Shown here: one piece after another, positions 1-14,734 of the stretch | How the letters are laid out: each line of letters starts with the position of its first letter | How positions within the stretch are numbered: position 1 is the stretch's first letter | Source of the DNA: Octopus vulgaris | Lineage: Eukaryota | DNA length: 64,000 nt | Direction: 5' to 3' | Assembly: GCA_951406725.2 (NCBI GenBank) | Contig: OX597839.1 | Span: 6,138,001-6,202,000, forward strand | Made by a program: the position numbers and the translations under genes | Notes under the pieces: generated by a model | Databases searched by the model: none | What the model was told of the DNA's origin: nothing | What the model saw: the letters and a program-made list of their open reading frames with translations, nothing else

Positions 1-46
<46 letters not shown>

Positions 47-182
47 CCAAATCCACTCACAAGGCTTTGGTCGGCCCGAGGCTATAGTAGAAGATACTTG
101 CCCAAGGTGCCACGCATTGGGACTGAAACCGGAACCATGTGGTTGGTAAGTAAGCTACTTACCACACAGCCACCCCTGCGCC
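47..182 (-). mobile_element. SINE group B, 5' half (tRNA-like head plus CORE-like box), embedded in (TA)n
   Basis: Reverse complement reads GGCGCAGGGGTGGCTGTGTGGTAAG...GGTTTCAGTCCC...CCTTGGGCAAGTATCTT; matches copies at 9609, 43380 and 53268. Confidence 0.85.
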
Positions 183-606
183 TATATATATTATATAAAT
201 GTATGATCAACGACATATTTTTTTTTACTCCTGTGAACAATTGCTTTCCTACGTCCCAAATCATAATGTATGGCCTGTCAGGCCTATATATTATCGAGGT
301 TTTGACAGGAACATGTCAAAATGTACGTGCTTATTCTGGTGATCAAATTGAGAGGAATAAACACAATATATAAACGCATACACACTATAGCAGAAAGTTA
401 AAAAAAACATACATACATACATACATACATACATACATACAAACACTCGTTTATTTATATAGAGTGATTGCTTCTTCAAGTCAAAAGCACTTGCGTACTC
501 CAGCTAAGAGAATATTCAATAAACTTTATATATATGCCTGTATACATCTATTAGCGTTTTATGCACACATGCACATAAATCAAAGTATACACGATACAAA
601 TATATG

Positions 607-651
<45 letters not shown>

Positions 652-656
652 ACATT

Positions 657-698
<42 letters not shown>

Positions 699-764
699 CT
701 CTCATGTGCTAATTGCAGCACGCACACACTTATATATGTTATAATTTATAATTTGAGAGAGAAA

Positions 765-827
<63 letters not shown>

Positions 828-1264
828 ATATATATATGTAGAGGGAGAGAGAGAGAGAGAGAGTGAATGAATGAATGCGAATTGGATTTTCTTTTGTATA
901 ATCCTTCAAGAAAAGCCGAAACTATTTCTTCACTCCTCAATCCTACATATATTGGGGCGCAGCCGCCATTCAATTCTTGCTATTCAGCGAATATTATTGT
1001 TGTTGTTATTATGATTGGTGATTATTGTTTAGCTTCATCGGATCAATAACACACATTGAAAACCAACGTCACCTAGTCAAAGACATCTTGTAATGAGAAA
1101 TAAAGAAAGCAAAACAAACTAGAAATCTAAATAAAGACACACATACGTAACACACACACACACACAAACATATATATATGTACATACATACAGACAGACA
1201 CAAATACGTATATACATATAAATATACATAAATATACACACATATCTATATCTATCTATCTATC

Positions 1265-1296
<32 letters not shown>

Positions 1297-1360
1297 TATA
1301 CAGGTATACACACATGTATATGTACGTGTGTATATGTATATATATATACATACACATGTA

Positions 1361-1392
<32 letters not shown>

Positions 1393-1447
1393 CACACACA
1401 CATATATACACACACATATATATACACACACACACACACACATATAT

Positions 1448-1480
<33 letters not shown>

Positions 1481-1501
1481 TACACACTCACACACACATA
1501 T

Positions 1502-1570
<69 letters not shown>

Positions 1571-2690
1571 TATACATATATGCAGCCGCGCGTGCGCATA
1601 CATTGTTCAGTTAATGTTCGTTTTCCAAAGACGACTCTTCCCAGCCAGGTAAGAAGAATCTGACGGAATAGGCGAAGAAGGGAAGCGGAATATTTCAAAG
1701 AATCAAAACGAGAGAATACCTTCCACCCTATTCAAAAATCCACCCTAGTCACCCCCACCCCACCCCATCCCTCTACTCTCTCTCTCTCTCTGTGTTTGCT
1801 TTCAAAAATCCCAAAGCAAATAATGAATAGAAATGGCGTGGAAAAACAAAAAAACAAAAAAATTCATTTCTAGAACACGCCCCACCCCCACATCCCTCTC
1901 TTCTTTATCACTCATTTGCTCTCACTCTCTCTCTCTTCTCTCTCTCTCTGTCTCTCCCTCATATTTCTTCTATTTCTATTTCTCCCTCTCTCATAAACAA
2001 GTTATATTTCCTTTCTTTCTCTTCCTTACTACTACTACTACTACTACTACCATCACCACCACCACCACCACTCGCCACACCCCCTCTTCATTTTCCACTC
2101 CATTGCTCACTTTCATTTCTGCATCTATGCTTTCTTTCTCGATTCTTCATCTACCTATCTCTCTCTCTCTCTCTCTCACCCACTCCCCCTCACCCTCACC
2201 ACGCGCTGTTTCTTTCAATTATCTTCCGCTGCCCTTAATGTTCGTTTTCTAATTTCTATCCTCTCCCACCGCGACCACCACCACCATCACCACTACCATA
2301 CCATCCATCACTTTCTTCTCCGAAGAAAGATCTTTTTTCTAAAAGACATATTTACAAATCCCTCCAGCTCCAACCCCAACTCTCTCTCTCTCGCTCTCTC
2401 CTTCAGTCATTCTCTCTCTCTCTCTCTTTCTCTCTGTATCTCTCCTTCATTCATTCTCTCAGCATCTACAGGTTTCCGCAACCTGGCATCACATGCACTG
2501 ATATTACACACTATATATAGAGATACAGACTTGTCAGCTGAATGCAAAAATTATAAAAGAAACACACCATCCCCCCCGCCACCAGTAACGACAACAGCAA
2601 CTATAGCAACAACGCCACCACCGCTTACCTATCACCATCATCACCGTCAATCAGCATCTCAAAACACCTTCGCCATCACGAGCAACATCG

Positions 2691-3073
2691 TGGAAGCACT
2701 CCGTCGGTTACGACGACGAGGGTTCCGGTTGATCCGAATCAACGGAACAGCCTGCTCGTGAAATTAACGTGTAAGTGGCTGAGCACCCCACAGACACGTG
2801 TACCCTTAACGTAGTTCTCGGGGATATTCAGCGTGACAAAGAGAGTGACAAGGCCGGCCCTTTGAAATACAGGTACAACAGAAACAGGAAGTAACAGTGA
2901 GAGAAAGTTGTGGTGAAAGAGTACAGCAGGGATCACCACCATCCCTGCCGGAGCCTCGTGGAGCTTTAGGTGTTTTCGCTCAATAAACACTCACAACGCT
3001 CGGTCTGGGAATCGAAACCGCGATCCTACGACCGCGAATCCGCTGCCCTAACCACTGGGCCATTGCGCCTCCA
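2691..3073 (-). mobile_element. SINE group A, full length (tRNA-derived head, RTE-like tail; possibly an octopus OR-type SINE)
   Basis: Minus strand has A box TGGCCCAGTGG, B box GTTTCGATTCC and tail CTCGTCGTCGTAACCGACGGAGTGCTTCCA; near-identical to 40694-41077 and 47155-47538. Confidence 0.9.
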
Positions 3074-3196
3074 CAAACAGTAACACCACACTCTTCCCCA
3101 ACCGCGACGTTATCAATACTATAAGCATCAATACTACCACCAACACATCAACAAATCACCACGGCCAAACTACATCATGATGTATTTATGTACGGG

Positions 3197-3635
3197 TGCA
3201 TGTCTGTCTTTGTCTTGCCCAAATTGCCGCTGGACAACCGGTGTTGGCTTGCTTACATCCCCGTAATCTAATGGCTCGGCAAAAGAGACCGATAGTATTA
3301 AAACCAGTTTATGGCGGCGAGCTGGCAGAAACGTTAGCACTCCGGGTGAAATGCTTAGCAGTATTTCGTCTGCCGCTACGTTCTGAGTTCAAATTCCGTC
3401 GAGGTCGACTTTGCCTTTCATTCTTTCGGGGTCGATAAACTAAGTACCAGTTACGCACTGAGGTCGATATAATCGACTTCATCCGTGTGTCTGTCCTTGT
3501 TTGTCCCCTCTATGTGTTTAGCCCCTTGTGGGTAGTAAAGAAATAAGTATTAGAACCAGTTGAAGAAAAAACGTACTGGGATCGATTTGTTCAACTGACT
3601 AAAAATCCTTCAAGGGCGATGCTCCAGCATGGCCG
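3197..3635 (+). mobile_element. SINE group B, 3' half, interrupted by a group C SINE
   Basis: GACAACCGGTGTTGG...CGGCAAAAGAGACCGATAG, then after the insertion TACTGGGATCGATTTG...GCGATGCTCCAGCATGGCC. Confidence 0.75.
3313..3545 (+). mobile_element. SINE group C (MetaSINE-type), nested in a group B SINE, with 16-bp TSD
   Basis: tRNA-like head (GAGTTCAAATTCC B box); Meta-like domain GCCTTTCATTCTTTCGGGGTCGATAAACTAAGTACCAG; flanks AGTATTA(A/G)AACCAGTT at 3294-3309 and 3546-3561. Confidence 0.88.
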
Positions 3636-3716
3636 GAAAACACTGGTCACATGGCCTCTTTACACAACCAAACCAAAATCTAGAATCTTATTGATATTCA
3701 ACAGTTTGAAAATGGA

Positions 3717-3764
<48 letters not shown>

Positions 3765-3780
3765 CATCATCATAATCATC

Positions 3781-3829
<49 letters not shown>

Positions 3830-4611
3830 CAACAACATTAGTAGTAATAGTGGTAACAGAGTAAGTTAGGTTTTCTGGGATTTCCTTGATTGTCCTTAGG
3901 CAGCTGTCCCCATCACCCGCACCGCTAGGTGAATCTTGTTTATTAGAATCTTTTCTTTTTTACATTTTGTTGGGTGTTTTTTTTCCTTCACATTATTTTA
4001 CACGTTTTATGTTACATCTTGTCTTTTTCCCCCTGCATCTCTTTTCTTTCAGCCAATGTTGCTAATAAAGACATTATTATTATTATTATTATTATCATCA
4101 TCATTATTATTATTATTATAGCTGTTGTAACTATTTTTATTATTCATATTACCACTGCAAACACAACCGCCACTACCACCACACATACACACAACTAAAT
4201 TTAGAGATCTATAATTTCCTTGCCGTATAAAATACAATTCATTTTAGGTTTACTGCTAAAAATGTTAAAAATAATTTTGCACATACACACAGTCAAGTGT
4301 GTAGACATACACACGATTGTATCTTTATACGCAATTTTCATAAATGTAATTGCGTGTATATAAATTCGTTCATACAGGCAATAGATATAATTGTGTGCCT
4401 GTATGTATAAAATTACACACGCACGTATATGTATATATAAATATATATGCATACATACACACATTCAAATACACACACACACATGTATATATGAATATAT
4501 ATAGATTCACACATACATAAATATAAACACACACATACCAATAGACACACACAAATTCCGATATACACAGAAAACTTAAGGTGTGTGTGTGAGAGAGAGA
4601 GAATGCGCGTG

Positions 4612-4614
<3 letters not shown>

Positions 4615-4662
<48 letters not shown>

Positions 4663-4715
4663 ATGTGTGTATGTATATATATGTCTATATGCACATATAC
4701 ATGCCAATAAAAAAC

Positions 4716-4747
<32 letters not shown>

Positions 4748-4818
4748 ATATATGTGTGTATGTATATATATGTGCATATGCACATATACATGCGTATACA
4801 CATATACATGCCAATAAA

Positions 4819-4904
<86 letters not shown>

Positions 4905-4950
4905 ATATATATATATATATACATATATATAAATATATATATATATATAT

Positions 4951-4982
<32 letters not shown>

Positions 4983-5020
4983 CATATATATACATACATA
5001 TATATATATATATACACATA
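4615..5020. repeat. Compound (TA)n/(TG)n microsatellite with a short internal duplication
   Basis: CACATATACATGCCAATAAAA occurs twice (~4692 and ~4799) among TA/TG runs. Confidence 0.9.
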
Positions 5021-5499
5021 CATCAAATCACGTGAAAGAGGATGTATTGTCAATGAAGATGAAGAAAAAAACAATAAAAAGAAAGAAAACAGCCCCAAAA
5101 ATGGTAAAAATATAAGACGGAAGAGAGGAGGGAGAGAAGTAAGATATTTATGAAAATCCAAAATTATTCATTAATTTCTTTTCCCATTCTTCGTTTGTTT
5201 GCAGTGAAATGAAATAAATAACAGGTTGTTGTTTTGTTGCTGTTGCTACTGTTGATGATGATGACGGTGGTGATGATGATGATGATGATGGTGAAGGTGG
5301 TGGTGGTGGTGGTGATGCCGATGGTGGTAGTAGTAGTGGTGGTGATGAAAATGAGATTTATTCCTAGAACGGGATTTCATGGAATGATGGATGAAACGGA
5401 ATCCGGATATTCTTGGTCTTGCCGTATAGATACAACAATGGAAGTACATTAATGATTTCTCACATAGCCACAAGCCTTCATTTTTATTTTGCTTTCCTT

Positions 5500-5668
5500 C
5501 TACTATTATTATTATTATTATTATTATTACTATTACTATTATTATCATTATTATTATTACTATTACTATTATTATCATTATTATTATTATTATTACTATT
5601 ACTATTATTATCATTATTATTATTACTATTACTATTATTATCATTATTATTATTATTATTATTATTAT
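5500..5668. repeat. (ATT/ACT/ATC)n trinucleotide repeat
   Basis: Direct inspection. Confidence 0.95.
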
Positions 5669-5844
5669 CTTTTTTCGGTAGTGGGGAAGGAGTAAGGATT
5701 GGGAAACTTAAAGGGGTAATATAGTCGATTGAATAATCCCCGGTACACCTAATCGGTGGGCCTGCAAGAAATAGCTGCCAAATCACCCTAAAATGAACTC
5801 AACACACACACAAAGCTTCTATTATATAGCATAACTGGCATCGG

Positions 5845-6156
5845 TTGAGACAATAAGAGTTTCAGATGATCTGATCAACGGGGCAGCCTCCTCGTGAAGT
5901 TAACGTTGCAAGGGGCTGAGTACTCCGCAGACACGAGTACTCGTAACGTATTTCTCAGGGAGATTCAGTCTGACACAGAATGTGACATGGCTGGCCCTTT
6001 GAATTACAAGTGCAACTCATGCCTGCCAGTTGAGTGGAGTGAGAGCAACGTGAAATAATGTGTCTTTCTCAAGGACACAGTGTGCCGTCTGGAATCGAAC
6101 TCATGACCTAACGATCATGAGCAGAACACTTTAACCGCTAAGTTACGCACCTTCAC
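5845..6156 (-). mobile_element. Older CORE-type SINE sharing the group A 3' half
   Basis: Minus strand: tRNA-like head, CORE-like GTGTCCTTGAGAAAGACACATTATTTCACGTTGCTC, then TTCAAAGGGCCAGCC...CGTTGATCAGATCA homologous to the group A tail. Confidence 0.7.
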
Positions 6157-7359
6157 ATTATATGGCCTGTAATGTGCCTCAACCTGTGTAGGAACGATGA
6201 AAGAGTTCGTAAAATGGAGACGGTCAACATCCAGAAATTGACTGGGTAATGTATTTTAAATTGCCTCTCCAGTCCCTTGTCATCCATATATCCCGTTATT
6301 GTCTCAGAGAACACTCAAATCCTATGTTAAAAAAAAATTGATTTTGTATTAGAAAATGTACGAAGGGATTTTTTAAAAAACGCGTCTAACTTCCTATGTT
6401 AATTCGAACCATTGCTGACGTCGTAGCTACGTTATTTAACATCCTTCGCCACTCTCTACTGTAACTTCTCACATACCAACAATGTTACAAACGCTGCGAG
6501 CACCAGAACCAAACTCCTAAACTGCTCCTAAGTGGTCGCATAACTTACTAGAAATAGCAACCAAATCCACTTTCACATCACATCTTTAAAAAGACGTACA
6601 CAGATTTATGAGGTTGTATGTAAAATACGCTGTGGTGATACTATTACAGCCGCTACTATAACCATAACAACAATAGCTACCACTCTCAGTACTACGACCG
6701 CAGCAACTAATCCAATGACCCCACTACAATCACCAACTACTACTTTACAAAAATTACAATGTTAGCGACCACTACTACTACTACCATTACTATCATAACC
6801 ACGGCAACAACAACCTCTGCAAACACTACAACCGTAACTGCTACAACAACTAGAGCTACTACTATCGCAAATCACGGCCACAACATCACAATATCTACCC
6901 TCACAACTACCACAATTTCCAATATCACATCGTCAATAGATATGTTTACTACTTCCACTACAGCCGTTACTTTTGCTACCACTACCACGACAATAGCCCA
7001 TGCCATCACCACAGCCGTGATTTGTTTTCTAGAAATCAGTAACAGCTGACAGTTTTTCGTAAAATGTGGCCGTCGTATTGAAGACAGGAGGAAGGGAAGA
7101 GGTGGAGAGGGCAGAGGAAAGAGAGAAATAGAAGAGGTGTATGTGTGTGTGAGAGAGCGAGACAGGGAAAGAGAGAGAAAGAGAGATGAATGTATGAATG
7201 GATTGATGAGGATGGATTGGATGTTACAGAAACGTGATAGGAGAGGATGTGAGGAAAAGAAAGACGATTATATGACGATGATGACGACGACTGAAGGGAA
7301 TGCCAGTGGTAATGATCACGACGGCAGAGGCAGCAGTTGCAATGATGAAGAGGAAGAGA

Positions 7360-7730
7360 AAGGACGACGACGATGATGATGATGATGTTAAACGACGATG
7401 CCAACAAGGATAGCAAAGATGACGACGATGACGATGATGATGTGAGACTTGTAAACGACGACGATGACGACGACAACTACGATGATGATGATGATGATGA
7501 TGATGACGATGATGATGATGATGATTATGATGATGATGATGACGATGATGATGATGATGTGATACTTGTAAACGACGACGATGACGACGACAACTACGAT
7601 GATGATGATGATGATTATGATGATGATGATGATGACGATACCAACAACGACAGCGACCATGATCGTGATAAGGATGATGTGAGATTTGAAGGCTATGATG
7701 ATGATGATGATGATGAGGATGATGATGAAG
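7360..7730. repeat. (GAT/GAC)n repeat with a ~117-bp internal duplication
   Basis: GATGTGA(G/T)ACTTGTAAACGACGACGATGACGACGACAACTACGAT at ~7439 and ~7556. Confidence 0.85.
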
Positions 7731-8872
7731 TAAAAACTAAGGCTTGAAGGGGAAACACAATGATGCTGATGCTATCCATGATGATGATTAGGAGAAGAGA
7801 AGAAAGGAAAAAAAGAAAAGAAAAAAGAAATTTTCACAGAAAAAGGGAATTTTTCTCTCTTTCTCTTTTATTTTTAACCCTTTCACTGATTCAGTTTCTA
7901 AGTCATTGGTGGGGGCCCAGGGTGGAAGAGGGGGCATTTGAATTTTGTTTAGACTTTGTGCTTTGTTTATTCAGAATACTTGTAGCAGGCAGCTAGATAG
8001 CGGCGAGGGCGGGGACAGAGGCGTGTGGGTGGGGTGGGGTGGAGGAAGCTAGGAAGGTGAGTGGAGGGGGATGGAATGACCCTTTCTTTTAATTTATTTT
8101 CTTATTCCTTTCCACCCCCGCTCTCTCTCTCTCTCTCTCTCCCCACCATCGCTACATCATTCCTAAAGCTGCCTATAATTTAAGTGACATCCACTCAATG
8201 AAATAGCAGCAGAAACAACAACAACAATAATAATAATAATAATAATATTGTTACACGGAGAGGCTAAGATGGAGAGCGTGTGTATGTAGGATGGTGGTGG
8301 TGGTGGTGATTTTTGAATGGGGTAGGGTGGGGAGGGGGAGCGAGTCAAGGTAGTGGGGGTAAATCACAGAGAAATGAGAAAAATCGTGCTCACAGGGAAC
8401 AGAAACGAAATAAAAATAAATTAAATAAATAATAATAATAAAATAAGGTAAAAATAAACTTGTGTATGTGACGGAGAAAGAGGGGGGGTTAAGGGGACGC
8501 AATTCTCGACGCAACATGGGGTGCTACTAATTATATGTGAAACCATGTCACACGAACAACGTTGACCCAACAGCACCTCCATCAGAATAGTCCTTCTTAT
8601 CCTTTCCTCCGCCCTCTCTCTCGCTCTCTCTATCTCTTCTCTACTCCATCTCATAAACCTAACTAGATAGAAATAGAGTTGGCGATTGACAAACGTAGAG
8701 GCCTGAAAAAATAATATATAAATAAAATAAAGAATAACTAAAAGAATAATAATAAAAATATATAAAATGTATAAAGGCGACCACCCCAACTGTGCTTTTC
8801 AGTTAGCTAATTGGTACTTGGATGTCAGTTTCTATCCCTTAAACTCTTCATTCATTCGCTGTGTCAACCAAG

Positions 8873-8940
<68 letters not shown>

Positions 8941-9608
8941 TCGCGCACACAGATTTCGAAATAAAAGCAGCGTAACAATAACAACAGCAGCGACCACAGT
9001 GACAACCAAAATAGAAATCTAGACGTTGAATAATAAGAATCAAGGTGAGATGAGATGAGACTATGAACAGAACTCAATTTGTGGTTGTTGCTGTCGTTGT
9101 TGTTGCGTGAATTCAACGAGTGAAATGCAAAGAAAGAAAAAAATAATAAATCGGTTTGGTAGATAACAATGGAGAATTTATATTTACGTTGACAACTTTT
9201 TTCCTCCGAGTTGCGAATGTGGTTCACCACCTTTTAACACAACGACGACGACAGACGCACACATGCATTTGCATGAACACTCACAATAAATTACATATGT
9301 ATACATGAATACACATTACATTACAAAGATGTGTGTTTAAAACAAGCCAGCCTTTCTCTATAAACGGTGACTGACAAATTCAAAGGTCAACAACGCCCTG
9401 CTTTGGAAGTAATGAATGAATATTTTACGCTAAGGTTGCAGAGCTTCGTGCGTGAATGCAATGAGACTAAGGTGATCCCTACCAAACAGAAATAGGGCTC
9501 TCCTCTCCAAACGGTTTTCACATTAGGATTTCCAAACCAAACCAGCCACGGAAGCTAACAAGCCACGGCTTATATCTATACCGAAGCATATCAGGATTTA
9601 TTTATCTA

Positions 9609-9768
9609 CGCAGGAGTGGCTGTATGGTAAGTAGCTTGTTTACCAACCACATGGTTCCGGGTTCAGTCCCACTGCGTGGCATCTTGGGCAAGTGTCTTCT
9701 ACTATAGCCTCGGGCCGACCAAAGCCTTGTGAGTGGATTTGGTAGACGGAAACTGAAAGAAGCCCGTC

Positions 9769-9770
<2 letters not shown>
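9609..9770 (+). mobile_element. SINE group B, 5' half ending in (TA)n
   Basis: CAGGAGTGGCTGTATGGTAAG...GGTTCAGTCCC...CTTGGGCAAGTGTCTT...GAAGCCCGTCG(TA)n. Confidence 0.88.
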
Positions 9771-9807
<37 letters not shown>

Positions 9808-9808
<1 letters not shown>

Positions 9809-9938
9809 TACCAGGACAATTCCCTCCGACGAAAAACTACCCCCAGGACAATTACCCCCCTCTCCAATATATTAAGAAGTTTTGAATCATCATCTGTTGT
9901 GCTTGGTGGGTGGGGGTTAGGTGGAATGTCCTAGACTC
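9808..9938. mobile_element. Possible degenerate non-autonomous DNA transposon remnant
   Basis: CAGGACAATT(C/A)CC repeated twice at the left end; imperfect inverted copy GGAATGTCCTAG at the right end. Confidence 0.3.
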
Positions 9939-10530
9939 GAAGAAATACCACAAAGTATTTCGGTGGATGATCTAAAGATTGTATCACTTCGTTTCAAACT
10001 TAACTTGCAAAGATGACACACGCAGTAAAATCAAACTCTGTATTTCATGATTTGCGCGGCCGCCTTCCATAATCATCATACCACGGCGTGCGCCCCCCAA
10101 ACACCTCACCACCACACATACACACGTATTTACAACCGAAATATCGAGCTAATTCACATAACCTGCCCACTTTCACCTCTCACAGACGAAGGAATTGGCG
10201 GAGTAAATTAAAATCCAATTCTAATTTGTATTTGCATATGTGTGTAAGTATAGAGTGCATAACACCGATACTGCACTTTTCAAAAATACCCCCCCGGTCC
10301 CCACCCGTGCGCTGCTTCCACGTTTTTAATCAGGGTGACGAAGAGGGAATCGGAGAAAGCGTTCGGTATGAGAGAAAGAGAGAGGGGTGGAAGAGAGAGA
10401 GGAGAAAGAAGTGAAAGAAAAATTTCCATAAAACAATAAAAATGATGAAGCAGCGAGTTTTAGGTTCATACTAATTCTCTTCCGCTTATTTGACAATATG
10501 ATGACGATGACGATGATGATGATGAAGATG

Positions 10531-10623
<93 letters not shown>

Positions 10624-11023
10624 GTGTGTAGGCTCGCACCTACTCTTCACACATAACTGAAAATAAATAAAAGCAACATCGCTTTATAATTAAAGACCGC
10701 TTTCTCTCAGGCAAGGAGACGCATAAACATGCCTATAACAGTTGCGTATGTTGCATGTGCGCGTTTGCATTTGTATATATGTATGTGTGTGTGAGAGAGA
10801 GTGAGAGACTGAGTGAAGAGGAACCAGAAAGGGAAAGAAAGAGAGGGTGTGAGCGAAGAAGAGAGAGAGAGAAAGAGAGAAAATATGCACATTCGTTGCC
10901 TTTAGACGAGAACTTCCCCCCGTTATTGAGTAGCTCACTGCAAGCTATAAGGCTATGATTTGGGAGATCAAAGAAGATAGGAAAGAGGAATGAAAAAAAA
11001 ATAAATAAAGTAAACAAATGATG

Positions 11024-11074
<51 letters not shown>

Positions 11075-11530
11075 GAAATAGCAATAATGAAAGGAAGAAG
11101 AAAGAGGATGAAGTAAAAGAACATCAGTGATTATTGGAACAAAGAAAATGGCAAGTAATAATAGATTGGTACCTAATTAGATTGGCAAATATAACGTAGA
11201 AATACAGAAGATACCGTGAATACACCAGTGTTTAATAAAATATTAAGTTTCTGTAGCAGCAGCAGCAGCAGGAGGAGAGAGGGGGGGAGTAAGGGGTGGT
11301 GGAGAGAAGAGGGAGTGAGATAGGCAATATGGAAGGTGTGAGAGAGAGGGTGGTGGTGGTGGGTGGAGAGAAAAGAGAGTGAGGTAGGCAAAGGAGAAGG
11401 TGAGAGAGAAGGTGAGAGAGAGAGAGAATATAAACGATGAGAGACAGAAAAGAGAAGGTATATGTGTGTGTGATAGAGAGAAGTGAGAGGCAAGAGAAAC
11501 TGAATGTGTATATGCGAGAGAGAGAGAGAG

Positions 11531-11581
<51 letters not shown>

Positions 11582-11625
11582 CAGATATGTAGGTAGGTAG
11601 GTAGGTAGGTAGGTAGGTAGGTAGG

Positions 11626-11666
<41 letters not shown>

Positions 11667-11685
11667 GGATGGATGGATGGATAAA

Positions 11686-11738
<53 letters not shown>

Positions 11739-12064
11739 TAGATAGAGGGAGATAAATAGATAGATAGAGAGGGTCGAAAGAAGAGAAAGGGTGATAGGAA
11801 ATAGGGTAGGTAGAAAGAGAGAGAGAGGAGAGAGAAGAAGAGTTATATGAGTATGATAGAGGGAAGTAGGAAGAGAAATTGAACGTGTGTAAATGTGTGT
11901 GTGTGTGTGTGTGTCAATATGTGTGTGTGCGTGAGAGAGAGAGAGGGGGGAACACGGCTGAAGGAAGGAAGAAAGGTAATATAAAGATGAGAGAGAGAGG
12001 GAGGTGGGAGAAGCTATATGTGTGTGATAGAGGGAAGGAGGAGGAAAGCGAAAGTGGTTGTGAA

Positions 12065-12095
<31 letters not shown>

Positions 12096-12224
12096 ACAAA
12101 AGATGTGAGTGGGAAGAGAAAGAGAGGGGTGGCAGATGGGGAAAAAGAGACATGCAGTAGTGAAGGTGAGAGAGAATGGAGTGTAGAGATGAGATGAGAT
12201 GAGAGAGAGAGGGGGAGAGAGAGG

Positions 12225-12299
<75 letters not shown>

Positions 12300-12754
12300 G
12301 AAATAGCAATAATGAAAGGAAGAAGAAAGAGGATGAAGTAAAAGAACATCAGTGATTATTGGAACAAAGAAAATGGCAAGTAATAATAGATTGGATACCT
12401 AATTAGATTGGCAAATATAACGTAGAAATACAGAAGATACCGTGAATACACCAGTGTTTAATAAAATATTAAGTTTCTGTAGCAGCAGCAGCAGCAGCAG
12501 GAGGAGAGAGGGGGGGAGTAAGGGGTGGTGGAGAGAAGAGGGAGTGAGATAGGCAATATGGAAGGTGTGAGAGAGAGGGTGGTGGTGGGTGGAGAGAAAA
12601 GAGAGTGAGGTAGGCAAAGGAGAAGGTGAGAGAGAAGGTGAGAGAGAGAGAGAATATAAACGATGAGAGACAGAAAAGAGAAGGTATATGTGTGTGTGAT
12701 AGAGAGAAGTGAGAGGCAAGAGAAACTGAATGTGTATATGCGAGAGAGAGAGAG

Positions 12755-12793
<39 letters not shown>

Positions 12794-12857
12794 CAGATAT
12801 GTAGGTAGGTAGGTAGGTAGGTAGGTAGGTAGGTAGGTAGGTAGGTAGGTAGGTAGG

Positions 12858-12918
<61 letters not shown>

Positions 12919-12929
12919 GGATGGATAAA

Positions 12930-12968
<39 letters not shown>

Positions 12969-13464
12969 TAGATAGATAGAGGGATAGATAAATAGATACA
13001 TAGATAGGGTAGAAAGAAGAGAAAGGGTGATAGGAAATAGGGTAGGTAGAAAGAGAGAGAGAGGAGAGAGAAGAAGAGTTATATGAGTATGATAGAGGGA
13101 AGTAGGAAGAGAAATTGAACGTGTGTAAATGTGTGTGTGTGTGTGTGTGTGTCAATATGTGTGTGTGCGTGAGAGAGAGAGAGGGGGGAACACGGCTGAA
13201 GGAAGGAAGAAAGGTAATATAAAGATGAGAGAGAGAGGGAGGTGGGAGAAGCTATATGTGTGTGATAGAGGGAAGGAGGAGGAAAGCGAAAGTGGTTGTG
13301 AAAGAGTGAAAGAGAGAGAGAGAGAGAGAGGATGTACAAAAGATGTGAGTGGGAAGAGAAAGAGGGGTGGCAGATGGGGAAAAAGAGACATGCAGTAGTG
13401 AAGGTGAGAGAGAATGGAGTGTAGAGATGAGATGAGATGAGAGAGAGAGGGGGAGGGAGAGAGG

Positions 13465-13501
<37 letters not shown>
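11024..13501. repeat. ~1.24-kb tandem duplication (11024-12264 and 12265-13501) of purine-rich, microsatellite-laden sequence
   Basis: AACAGAAATAGCAATAATGAAAGG starts at ~11071 and ~12296; colinear through GAGAGAAGT; differences mostly in microsatellite lengths. Confidence 0.95.
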
Positions 13502-13688
13502 CATATAGGTAATATAGGAGAGGTGTTGGAAATTTAAGATAAGGAAAGTTAGACAGAGAAACGATGAGAGAGAGAGAGAGAGAAGGAGAGAGAGAGAGAT
13601 GCATGGGTAATAGAGGAAGGTAAAGATGAGAGAAAAGTTGTAAAAGAGCTAATATAGAAAGATGTGTTGGGGATATATATAAGGCTGG

Positions 13689-13724
<36 letters not shown>

Positions 13725-14734
13725 CTAGGGAGAAAGCGTATAGGAGTTAAGAGACGAGAGAGATTGAAAAAGGTGTAGAAAATGAGAGAGGTATAGAAGA
13801 TGATGAAGAGAGGAAAATAAAATAGATTGTGGAAAGTGGGAGTCTGGCGGGATGGGATGGGGTGGGGTGATTTAAGAGGTGAAAGGAAAAGGGAAAAAAA
13901 AAAGAGATACTGTTGTTAGAGAGCTTTCACAATAACAACAATGATAGCATCAATAATGAAGAAATATGTAAATTACATAACATAACACTTCGTAAAAATG
14001 TTCAATACGAAAACATCAATAACAACAACAACAACAACAACGACAACCATGACGACGACGACGACGACGATGAAAACGACGGTAGAGAATATGGAGGTGC
14101 GTGGTGGTTGGGGGAGGTGGGGCGCGGTAGGGTGGGGTGGGGAGACAGAAACTGTTTTAAAAACCAATAAAAAGAAAATAGTATTCCGAGAGGTAAAAAA
14201 AAAAAAAAATAGAGAAAAAAAAGGAGGAAATAAAACAAGTACAAAAGAAACAAAAAAAAAAGAAAAGAAGGGGGGGAAAATTGCGAGGTGATGAAGAAGA
14301 AAAATAACAATAAGTAAAAGTAAAAACAAAAAACAAAAATGGAGGAAAAATAGACAAAAATAAAATGGAGGTTTAAATACGTCAGCGCAGGCAGACCACC
14401 CGGAGTTTATTGATTCACAATTTGTCATGCGTCATATACAAAATATTCCAGCTTGTTTTGGCTTTTGTCATATTTCCAGTTGCTTCGGTTCGGAGACGCA
14501 GCACTACGGTTTTATTATTATTACTATTATTATTATTACTATCATCATTATTATTATTATTATTATAATATTATATTATATTATATTATTATTATTATCA
14601 TCATCGTTATTTTTATCGTTATTATCAATAATAAGAATTATATTACAACAAAATCACGATGGTAATATTAATATTAGAAACGATGATAATATTAACAACA
14701 ACAACAACAATAATAACAATGATAATAATAATAA

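Noticed and set aside
1631-1648. Possible 18-nt microexon (AAG|ACGACTCTTCCCAGCCAG|GTAAGA)
   Set aside because: Weak acceptor; unsupported without RNA-seq
7373-7747. Poly-Asp ORF resembling acidic biomineralisation proteins
   Set aside because: Arises from (GAT)n; no signal peptide or convincing splice context; flanks are also simple repeats
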